A stretch of 32,000 bases of DNA, taken from Pseudoalteromonas translucida KMM 520. Lineage in GTDB: Bacteria; Pseudomonadota; Gammaproteobacteria; Enterobacterales; Alteromonadaceae. The stretch is from positions 1,950,001 to 1,982,000 of the forward strand of contig NZ_CP011034.1 of assembly GCF_001465295.1 (NCBI RefSeq). The letters run 5' to 3'. The position numbers and the translations under genes are program-made. The notes beneath the pieces were generated by a model. That model was given only the letters and a program-made list of their open reading frames with translations. It ran no database searches and was not told the origin of the DNA. Positions 22,678 to 30,347 of the stretch are shown in pieces; positions within the stretch are counted from its first letter, which is position 1; the number at the start of each line of letters is the position of its first letter.

Positions 22678-22754
22678 ACGACTGTAGCTCAGTTGGTTAG
22701 AGCACTACCTTGACATGGTAGGGGTCGGTGGTTCGAATCCACTCAGTCGTACCA
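22678..22754 (+). tRNA. tRNA-Val (anticodon GAC)
   Basis: I folded the cloverleaf by hand. The acceptor stem is ACGACTG/CAGTCGT, the D-arm is GCTC-AGTTGGTTA-GAGC and the anticodon arm is CTACC-TTGACAT-GGTAG. The T-arm is GGTGG-TTCGAAT-CCACT, with an encoded CCA. It is close to E. coli valV/valW. Confidence 0.93.
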
Positions 22755-22780
22755 ACATTTAAGAATCCTAAAAAAATTGT

Positions 22781-22857
<77 letters not shown>

Positions 22858-22906
22858 ATTAAACTCTATATTTCAAACAGTTAAAAAACCCTATTCAATC
22901 TACTCG

Positions 22907-22930
22907 TTTAATTTTTTGTTGAAAATTAAA
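22907..22930 (+). terminator. Weak AT-only hairpin (TTTAATTTT-ttgttg-AAAATTAAA) followed by T-rich sequence; possible tRNA operon terminator
   Basis: A 9-bp perfect inverted repeat lies 50 nt after the second tRNA. Stability is low because all pairs are A:T. Confidence 0.25.
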
Positions 22931-23022
22931 TTCTTAGTTTTTTATTATTTTGTATTCAAAATTTTAAAATAACGAGAGCCAAGCCTCAAAAGATCATCCT
23001 AAAAACTCCAGTTTTTATCGAT

Positions 23023-23055
23023 TTGTGCCCAAACTTGTGCCCAAGCGCCCAAACC
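23023..23055. repeat. About 2.7 tandem copies of a 12-mer (TTGTGCCCAAAC / TTGTGCCCAAGC / GCCCAAACC)
   Basis: I read this directly from the sequence. A related GTGCCCAC occurs again at 23246-23253. Confidence 0.7.
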
Positions 23056-23224
23056 ACTTTTTTAGCTCTTTAATCTTCCTCAAAATTAGACCCCTACCCT
23101 TGCAAATTCACAAACCTCAAATCACAAATTCCAAACCAAAAATTTCAAATCAGGTGACCACTACCCTAATATTTTCCGTGTCATTCCATGAAATATTCTA
23201 TGACCCCTATTCCATAAACTGCTT

Positions 23225-23264
23225 CTGTGCCTTGTTTAGACATCGGTGCCCACACAAGGCACAG
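23225..23264. repeat. 11-bp perfect inverted repeat (CTGTGCCTTGT / ACAAGGCACAG) with an 18-nt loop
   Basis: I verified the reverse complement by hand. The loop contains the GTGCCCAC motif related to the upstream 12-mers. Confidence 0.7.
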
Positions 23265-23484
23265 ATACATTAATTAGTTGTGCGCAGCTATATAACTTTA
23301 ATAATATAATCTTCTCCTGTGTTTACAATAGAGAGAACTCTACATTAGGTTTCTATTATTTTTCGGGGGGATTACCCTATCTACATAACGAAAGCCTGCA
23401 TATCATTTCCAGGGAAACATTGATGAACCACCAACACTTCTTAATTGGTCTTGTAAAGAGCCCCCCTTACGGGTTTACTCCCTG

Positions 23485-25668
23485 TTAATTTACCCCAAGC
23501 GCTTTATAAACAGCGTCAACAGGGTCACTGTAAAAACTTACCTGAAACTTAGTAAACGTTTCTGCTGGGACTGAAGGGATATCACTGGCTGATGCCATTG
23601 GCAAAAGTACCTTAGTTGCTCCACCTTCTAGTGCAATTTGCATACTTGATGCAAGGTCTTGCACTGGATTTACCACACCACCTAATGTAATGCTGCCAAG
23701 CACAACCATAGACTCTTGTATTGGCTTATTCATTAGAACTGAACAACTAGCAATTAAAGAAGCTAAACTTGCTGTACGACTATTACCGGAGTTTTGTAAG
23801 TCAACAAAGTGCAAGTGAAATTCGTGTTCAGAAAATCGTGAAGTTGCTGCTATACGATTTAAATTACCTTTAAAATATTCAAAACCCACCCTAACCTGTT
23901 CTTTTGCTGACGTATCAGAGCCAAAACCTGAAGTAGAGTGCTTACCATTACCAGGTGTCATTTGAGTTTCAACTCTGTATAGCCCTAACTTGCCAGCTGC
24001 TCCTTCACTTACAAAATGAAGCACACCAGGGTTAGCTATTCCAGCTGGTATCAAGTTTGAACCACCTTGTTCTGGAACATTGACAAAAAACTCCTCGAGC
24101 GTTTCATTGTCAATATAGCTAAAGTTAACATCAAAAAATTCCATGCCGCCTATTTTTTTCAACTGTTCTTTAATTCGACGGCGAACCTCTAAAGCATAGG
24201 TTAAACATACCCTTACATCTTCTTTAGTATATTCCCCATGAGGTACTAATAACTTTAATAAACCAGACGTAGTTCGACGCACACCTATTACATCTCGTTG
24301 ATTTAAGTTATTTCCTAGCTTAAAGAACTTATTAATAGAGTCTGAAAACGTTGTCTTGCGCATTTCGCGCATGTATTCAGCTAAGTAATCAGTTATTAAA
24401 CCAAAGCGGTCTGTGAAGAACTCAGGGCGCATTTTAGGTATTTCCCAACCAGGAATGTATCCGTGAAAACGGTCAAAAAATGCGGCATCAATCATATCAT
24501 CAGGGAATGGCGCTAAAAGGTGACTCGTTTTTACTAAAGTTTCAACGCTATGGTCAATATTACCAACAAACACCATTGACGCTTTAGCTTCTATCGAATC
24601 ACGGCCACGAGAGAATGAACCTGAGGCCATATAATCTTTCATGATCTGAATACCGTCTTTATCTTTAAAACGGATTCCGGCTACTTCATCAAAGGCCACA
24701 ACGTCCCACATTCCCACTAAACCAATTTGGCGAGAAGACATATTATAAAAAAGGTTAGCAACTGTAGTTTGTCCGCCCGATACCAAGAGCGAGTTAGGAG
24801 AGCACTCTTTATAAACATGCGACTTACCTGTACCACGCGGCCCAAGTTCACAAACGTTATAGTTATTTTCAACAAATGGGATCATGCGAGCAATTAAATG
24901 CCATTTAGTTCGGTGATCTAAATTAGCAGGTTCCATTCCAATGGAGCGCAATAACATATCGATCCACTGATCCATTGTGAACTTACGTCGAGCTTGATAT
25001 ACCTCTTCCATATTCATAGAAGGCATTTGAATTGGCTTTAAGCTAAATACACTAAAAGGTGATACTTTCTGGCCTTCTTCATAGAAATAGCTAACTGTAA
25101 TAATGCACCAAATACCGCCAGTTAAGAGCTTCTCGTTTTCTTTAACAATTTTATTTGGCACAACCGCATCTTTGATACCGATATTAGATAGGCTTGCTTC
25201 GTAAATATCTTTTTTCTGGTTTAGCTTAACCGTCACTTTATCTATAACTTTATGTGTGCCTTTTTCACGAATAAGCGACTTGGCCTTTTCTGCCTCATCT
25301 GGTCGAACATAGTTTTCCGTTAAGATTTTCTTAACGTTTTTCATGCCTTCGTCAATTAAGTCATCTTCAGCAGCAGAGCAATACATACCTAAAAGGTATT
25401 CCAATACGTATACAGGAACGTTAGCACCTTCTTTTAACTGCTTTGTTAGATCTTTACGTACAATACGACCTTTAAATTCATTTATCATTAACTCGTCTAG
25501 ATCAATACTTCTTAGCTCCCCACGCTCAGTAAGCACAGGTGCAGTGTCGTCTATAGGGTCTATCGTCGCGTCATTTTCATGCATATGAACATGTACATTA
25601 ATTTCACGTTCTTGGTTGGCAACTTGGTTTTCTTGATTATCATTTTCTAAATTGTCTTTGGTTTCCAT
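23485..25668 (-). CDS. brxL: BREX system Lon protease-like protein BrxL
   Basis: The 727-aa product has long blocks characteristic of BrxL as I recall it (GRIVRKDLTK.LKEGANVPVYVLEYLLGMYC; YVRPDEAEK.KSL.RE.G..KVID.VTVKLN; NYNVCELGPRGTGKSH.YKECSPNS.LVSGGQTTVANLFYNMS; WDVVAFDEVAG; C-terminal FTKFQ.SFY.DPVDAV.KALGV). The Walker A motif is GPRGTGKS. A strong SD (GGAAGGcataaaATG) lies 12 nt after the pglZ stop. The ~55-aa acidic N-terminal extension is not in my recollection of E. coli BrxL. Confidence 0.93.
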   Translation of the reverse strand: METKDNLENDNQENQVANQEREINVHVHMHENDATIDPIDDTAPVLTERGELRSIDLDELMINEFKGRIVRKDLTKQLKEGANVPVYVLEYLLGMYCSAAEDDLIDEGMKNVKKILTENYVRPDEAEKAKSLIREKGTHKVIDKVTVKLNQKKDIYEASLSNIGIKDAVVPNKIVKENEKLLTGGIWCIITVSYFYEEGQKVSPFSVFSLKPIQMPSMNMEEVYQARRKFTMDQWIDMLLRSIGMEPANLDHRTKWHLIARMIPFVENNYNVCELGPRGTGKSHVYKECSPNSLLVSGGQTTVANLFYNMSSRQIGLVGMWDVVAFDEVAGIRFKDKDGIQIMKDYMASGSFSRGRDSIEAKASMVFVGNIDHSVETLVKTSHLLAPFPDDMIDAAFFDRFHGYIPGWEIPKMRPEFFTDRFGLITDYLAEYMREMRKTTFSDSINKFFKLGNNLNQRDVIGVRRTTSGLLKLLVPHGEYTKEDVRVCLTYALEVRRRIKEQLKKIGGMEFFDVNFSYIDNETLEEFFVNVPEQGGSNLIPAGIANPGVLHFVSEGAAGKLGLYRVETQMTPGNGKHSTSGFGSDTSAKEQVRVGFEYFKGNLNRIAATSRFSEHEFHLHFVDLQNSGNSRTASLASLIASCSVLMNKPIQESMVVLGSITLGGVVNPVQDLASSMQIALEGGATKVLLPMASASDIPSVPAETFTKFQVSFYSDPVDAVYKALGVN

Positions 25669-25680
25669 TTTATGCCTTCC

Positions 25681-28419
25681 CTAAAAAAAGTCGTCTTCAA
25701 AAGCTAAGTCAATAATCACAGAGTGTGTTGTTTTTACTTTGCTCTCTGTATCTTCCATCATTAACTTGTAGCTCACTGTGCGGTCAAAGCCGCTACCTTC
25801 TAATTTTATTTGTACGTTGCGTTTACGATCGTCCATCTTCTCTGAGGTCGATTCAAACAATACCTTTTCACGTGAACTTACCTTTTTACCATCGGAATCT
25901 TCAATCCATATTTCTAATTCACGGGCCTTAAATTTCTCGCCTACCGGATCTGTTTGAAGGAATTTGATCCTATCGATATTAGATACTATTTTCACAGGAT
26001 TATTGAGCGGAACAGCGTTTACTTTCTGCTTTGCGTGTTTCGTTTGAGCCTTTGTATCTAACTCTCTAATTTGAAGAACAGGAACACAAATTTCCTGTGG
26101 CATAATACCACCATGAATAAACTTAGCCCCACCAACAAAATTAAAACGGTTACTTCCCCTTGGGATCATAAACTCAGCATCATCACCACCGTCAACATCT
26201 ACGCCAGCAGTGTTAGCTAATTTGCCAGTCCAGTAATAACTGTCTGTAGGTAAGTTTGAGCCTATTACATAACGCTTTTTCGCTTCGGTTGTGCCTGCTG
26301 GTTTTGATTTAAGCGCAGTCTTATCTGAATCGGTCACGTCCGTCATTTTAAACAAAAAACCATGATCAGCAGTAATAAGTACTCTACTACCGTTTAAGCG
26401 ATTAATGATACGACCAATCAATTGCTTAATTTCATCAACGGCATCGCGAGCGGCTTCGAAGGTTTGATTCTCTGTCGCTTGCTTATCACCTATTGCATCA
26501 ATCTCATCGTGATAAATATAAACTACCTGAGTATCACGTACTTTGTCTCGGCCTTCTTGATTTGTCCAGTTAAGAACCTCATCCGCTTTAAATGCAACAC
26601 CGCCGTACTTTTCAAGGATTTTATGGCGGTTTTCATGCCCATGCACAGACATTCCATCAGCTTTATATTCTGGCTTAGTGCCAAGGTGAGCTGTCAGCTT
26701 CTGATGAGGTAACAAACTACCCATGCCCAGTTGAGTGTAAGAAGGTACAACGCCTAACTGAGACTTAATTTCAGACTTAAAGCGTTTTTCATCATTAATC
26801 TGCTGGTGAATATCATGCGCTACCTCGTATCGAAGAGCATCAGAGATGATCACAAAAACCCGTTTAGTTTGAGTTTTATTTAATAGGCCTTTAACTTCTT
26901 CACGGAAGAAGTCTTGCTGATTGTTTATTCCAGCTAGGCTCCAATTATCCAGTAAGTTTTCATCATCAACTAACTTACCCCAGACAATCGCTAAATCATG
27001 CAAGTACCAATCAACATATAAGTGCTCAATATCTTCAACAAGACCCGTTGCTTTTAAAATATCAGAGCCGTTTTTACTAATTTCAATCGAGTTCTCACTA
27101 AAAATACGATACGCATGGTCAAACTTATAAAGCTCCGTTTCATAAGCTTTATAAAGGCTCCTTGCACTTTCAAAAGCCAAACCATCAATATGCTTTTCTT
27201 TTAAGTCATAAAACTCTTTAGCCGCTCTTAATGCCGTATAAATAGCCGCATAGTTAGCACTATCTTTATGTGACCCTGTTGAGCACCAATGGCTGCGTAA
27301 CTTTTTCGAAACCCATTCATTAATTTCAACAGCGTTATATGCAGGTAAATCCGTTGCTAACGATTTAATTAGCTGCTGATCCGCTTCAACAAAGGTTTCA
27401 ACATGTATCAACTCCGACGGATGTTTAAACTCGGCAAGTTTACTCTTGATTTCTAGCTCTTGGGCAACCTCAAATGCCACAACATTATATGAATCCGATA
27501 ACGTTCGGCTTTCTCGCCAAGACGACACAAAGTTAACCACAGATGCACGTTTAGAAGCCGCATTAAATAGCAACTCTTTTACGCTCTTTGGCAGTGTCGT
27601 TGTTTCTTCGTCGCTTAAGGTCATGGGTAAAGTATGCGCCGAAAGGCTTGAGGCAAAATTAGTGGCCTGAACAGTAACGCCAGACGACTGCAACGCTTGG
27701 TAGCAATCAGTGACTAATAACTTGGTTAATAAATCTTTTAGTAAAACGAGTTGGGCACTAGCACCTTTATTATCAATCCATAAACAATTGGCAACATAGC
27801 CAAACTCTTCAACAGCTAACAGCCAAAACACTTTACCAAGCTCAAATTTATTTAAATCAGATAGCAACTCATCTGCTTTTTCTGGCTGCTCGGCATACAA
27901 CTTAATTAATTGATAAAAAGCCGCAGTAAAAGAAACCGTTTCTACCTTAGCGATAACAGCAATCATCGAAAGCTCTAATGTTTGTTTATCTGCACCCTCT
28001 GGAAGTAAGCGCTTTAGCTTGTTATATCGCTGCTGGTTCCCAAAAAACTTCTTATAGCGGCTTATATCTTGGCGAAACTCCATTCTCATACCTAGCTCAT
28101 TCAATATCATCGAGCTTGAATCAGCATAAAACTGCTCTGCGTATAAGCGAATATCATACAGCCAATCACGTGCTGGCTCGTTTTGCGGTTTATTGCTATA
28201 CAACAAGAACTTTGAGCTTGTTTCTTTTAGTTCAATACGTTGCTTTATTTCAAAATGAGAACACGCATCAAGCTCAATAAGCTCTACATTACTGCTATTA
28301 AGTTCATCATTTATTGCTGGCAGCTGCTCTTTAAATTCAACATCTTCATCTTGCCAAAATACCAATCGGCACTTGTCGAATTTGGCTAAAATGCCTTGTT
28401 TTATTTGTTCTAGGTTCAT
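25681..28419 (-). CDS. pglZ: BREX-1 alkaline-phosphatase-superfamily protein PglZ
   Basis: The 912-aa product has the N-terminal CRLVFWQDEDVEF motif, the PglZ-domain metal-site motifs VFVIISDALRYEVA and VLITADHGFLF, and a position immediately upstream of brxL. Confidence 0.92.
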   Translation of the reverse strand: MNLEQIKQGILAKFDKCRLVFWQDEDVEFKEQLPAINDELNSSNVELIELDACSHFEIKQRIELKETSSKFLLYSNKPQNEPARDWLYDIRLYAEQFYADSSSMILNELGMRMEFRQDISRYKKFFGNQQRYNKLKRLLPEGADKQTLELSMIAVIAKVETVSFTAAFYQLIKLYAEQPEKADELLSDLNKFELGKVFWLLAVEEFGYVANCLWIDNKGASAQLVLLKDLLTKLLVTDCYQALQSSGVTVQATNFASSLSAHTLPMTLSDEETTTLPKSVKELLFNAASKRASVVNFVSSWRESRTLSDSYNVVAFEVAQELEIKSKLAEFKHPSELIHVETFVEADQQLIKSLATDLPAYNAVEINEWVSKKLRSHWCSTGSHKDSANYAAIYTALRAAKEFYDLKEKHIDGLAFESARSLYKAYETELYKFDHAYRIFSENSIEISKNGSDILKATGLVEDIEHLYVDWYLHDLAIVWGKLVDDENLLDNWSLAGINNQQDFFREEVKGLLNKTQTKRVFVIISDALRYEVAHDIHQQINDEKRFKSEIKSQLGVVPSYTQLGMGSLLPHQKLTAHLGTKPEYKADGMSVHGHENRHKILEKYGGVAFKADEVLNWTNQEGRDKVRDTQVVYIYHDEIDAIGDKQATENQTFEAARDAVDEIKQLIGRIINRLNGSRVLITADHGFLFKMTDVTDSDKTALKSKPAGTTEAKKRYVIGSNLPTDSYYWTGKLANTAGVDVDGGDDAEFMIPRGSNRFNFVGGAKFIHGGIMPQEICVPVLQIRELDTKAQTKHAKQKVNAVPLNNPVKIVSNIDRIKFLQTDPVGEKFKARELEIWIEDSDGKKVSSREKVLFESTSEKMDDRKRNVQIKLEGSGFDRTVSYKLMMEDTESKVKTTHSVIIDLAFEDDFF

Positions 28420-29753
28420 TAATTGAATACACCCATATTCTCTTCTATTTCTTCACCACATACTTCACAAAATTGTGCGTACATATCGTTGCCTGCATTG
28501 CATTCGTAGCAGGTGCTGATATTGTCTTCACGTAAGGTTTCTGTACAAAATGGGCACTCTAATTCATATACTGAAACTACCGTATCACAAACATCACAGC
28601 TTGTTGCCAGTGCTTGTTCATCATGATGCTTTCTATCTTCTAGTTCAGGTTTTACCCTTTCAATAACGCCAAAACGCTCTAAGTTCTGCCCATAATCAAG
28701 TAGTAATGTTTCGCCTTTTGATGGGTGCAAACGTAAACCTCGGCCAAGTATTTGTAAAAATAACGACGTACTTGCGGTCGGTCTGGCGTTTACTATGCAA
28801 GCCAATCGCGGTGCATCCCAACCTGTAGTTAAGGTCGCTATATTTATAAGCCCATTAAGCTGGCCTTGCTCAAATTGCTGAAGGTAATCGGTTCGTTGTG
28901 TTTTTGGGGTTTGCGCAGTAATCAGCGGAAAATCAAAACCATACTCAGTCAAACACTGAGAAAATAATACACCTTGATTCACCGAACTTGCGTAAAACAC
29001 GGTAGGTAAGTTAGCCGATGTTTTATTAAGCCAGTCGGCTACTATCGACTCTACAATTGAATCTACAGCCGTAGCCTCGTCCAAATCTTTTTGAATAAAG
29101 TCGTTTTTTCCTTTTCTAACAGCTGAGATATCGGCAACAGCCTTTGGGTCTGTCACTACAGCACGTAATTGGCATAAATAGCCAGAATTTACCAACTCAT
29201 CAATACGCTTCTTATAAATTAGGGTTTTAAATAATTTATCTTTACTTTCGCCATATATTTCACCTGAATACATACGAAAAGGCGTAGCAGTGAACCCTAT
29301 AATTTTTGGCTCATTCCCATGCATAGCAATAGTATCTAATATATATTGATAACGGGCTGATTGTTCTGGTGGAATTAAATGCGCTTCATCAACAATCACT
29401 AAGTCCCAATCAGGGTTCTCTCCTATTTCTTTTATAATAGAATCTCGGCTTGCAGACGTTACCTGCTTAATTTCTTTGCGACGAAGTCCTGAGCAATAAA
29501 TACCAACATCTAAATCAGGCCAAATTGCTCTTAGCTTTTCTTCATTTTGCTGAACAATCTCCTGAGTGTGAGCCAAAATTAACACTCTAAGCTTCGGTAT
29601 ATCAGTAATTAACTGTTTAATCAGCTCAGCAAAAATAATTGTTTTACCACTTGCTGTTGGTAAAATACATAAGCCATTTTTTTCATTTGAATTAACGTAA
29701 AAATTTTTTAACGCTAAAATTGCTTCTTGTTGATAGGGACGCAGTTCCATCAC
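28419..29753 (-). CDS. SF2 DEAH-box helicase, RadD/YejH-like (ResIII/COG1061-type), with two C-terminal zinc ribbons
   Basis: The 444-aa product has a Q motif (LRPYQQEA), motif I (LPTASGKT, nt 29640-29660), motif II (VDEAH, DEAH at nt 29379-29390), motif III (TATP), motif V (LTTGWDAP) and motif VI (QILGRGLR). The C-terminus has CDVC-x10-CPFC and CYEC-x10-CEVC (nt 28458-28598). The likely start is ATG 29750, overlapping the upstream stop (TGATG); GTG 29753 is the track start. Its stop overlaps the pglZ start (TAATG). Confidence 0.85.
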   Translation of the reverse strand: MMELRPYQQEAILALKNFYVNSNEKNGLCILPTASGKTIIFAELIKQLITDIPKLRVLILAHTQEIVQQNEEKLRAIWPDLDVGIYCSGLRRKEIKQVTSASRDSIIKEIGENPDWDLVIVDEAHLIPPEQSARYQYILDTIAMHGNEPKIIGFTATPFRMYSGEIYGESKDKLFKTLIYKKRIDELVNSGYLCQLRAVVTDPKAVADISAVRKGKNDFIQKDLDEATAVDSIVESIVADWLNKTSANLPTVFYASSVNQGVLFSQCLTEYGFDFPLITAQTPKTQRTDYLQQFEQGQLNGLINIATLTTGWDAPRLACIVNARPTASTSLFLQILGRGLRLHPSKGETLLLDYGQNLERFGVIERVKPELEDRKHHDEQALATSCDVCDTVVSVYELECPFCTETLREDNISTCYECNAGNDMYAQFCEVCGEEIEENMGVFN

Positions 29754-30346
29754 ATATCCTTCACTTCAGTAATAACTTGAAAGAAATAATCAAAAAATGG
29801 TTGGTTACTTTGATAATCAGGCTCACTTATCCGCCCATTTCTATGGATCAACTCGTTACGTTGTTTACGGATTGTTTTTTGAGTTTTTCCCGTTCTTTGC
29901 TTAACAAGCTCACCAGTCAGCTTATCGGCCAGTAGTTGTTTTATCTTGTATTCATCTAATTCAGAATTAAACTTTTTCAAGCATTTGAAAACTTGATCAA
30001 CATTGATTTTTTCAAAAGAACTTCTTGAAGCTAAATATTTTGAAAACAAAGGTTCATACACTTTCTTTTCAAAGGTTTCGTCGGTGTAACCAATATCTTC
30101 TAAATTACTCGATAATGACTTAAACGTATCTTCACACCAATTGCATACCTGTGCAGTTCGAATAATATGAATAGCAATTTGCTCAACTGCCATCCATTGT
30201 GTTAGAAATGCCTGAGTATGATGCCCCTGCTTTTGCAATCCATTTACTTCGACTTCAATATTTACGATTAAATCATTGCCACTTTTAAGTTTTTGTAATA
30301 ACCGTCTTTTAACATTAGCGTCGCTAGTCAACCTTGGAGGTGCCAT
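29750..30346 (-). CDS. Hypothetical 198-aa helical-looking protein with an R-N-x3-H motif; candidate HEPN-domain RNase
   Basis: The ORF has a good SD (AAGGTGGTGaattaatATG) located inside the pglX 3' end. Its start lies 1 nt after the pglX stop. R163-N-E-L-I-H168 (nt 29843-29860) is a canonical HEPN Rx4-6H signature placed ~30 aa from the C-terminus, as in minimal HEPN domains. The composition suggests an all-helical fold, but I ran no secondary-structure prediction. I recognise no other family. The CDS is well supported (~0.85), but the HEPN assignment is tentative (~0.45). Confidence 0.6.
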   Translation of the reverse strand: MAPPRLTSDANVKRRLLQKLKSGNDLIVNIEVEVNGLQKQGHHTQAFLTQWMAVEQIAIHIIRTAQVCNWCEDTFKSLSSNLEDIGYTDETFEKKVYEPLFSKYLASRSSFEKINVDQVFKCLKKFNSELDEYKIKQLLADKLTGELVKQRTGKTQKTIRKQRNELIHRNGRISEPDYQSNQPFFDYFFQVITEVKDM

Positions 30347-30347
30347 A

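Noticed and set aside
22990-23060. The minus-strand reading ...ALGHKFGHKSIKTG... resembles the LGHxSIxTT box of tyrosine recombinases, which could mark an integrase remnant next to the tRNA.
   Set aside because: The frame is open for only ~28 codons, bounded by TAA and TGA. The motif arises from the tandem 12-mer repeat. No catalytic Tyr or other recombinase boxes are present in neighbouring frames. This is too little evidence to call a pseudogene.
23290-23484. I looked for a rho-independent terminator downstream of brxL (candidates GTAAACCCGTAAGGGGGGCTCTTTAC and GGGTAATCCC on the minus strand).
   Set aside because: The stems are short or bulged and are not followed by a U-tract on the transcribed strand, so I do not call them.
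23025-23488. Two plus-strand ORFs (82 aa and 80 aa) in the tRNA-brxL junction.
   Set aside because: Their translations are low-complexity and compositionally skewed (P/K/S/F/I-rich). The first starts at a GTG and I saw no Shine-Dalgarno sequence upstream of either ORF. The first ORF is produced by the G-free repeat tract. I treat the region as non-coding.
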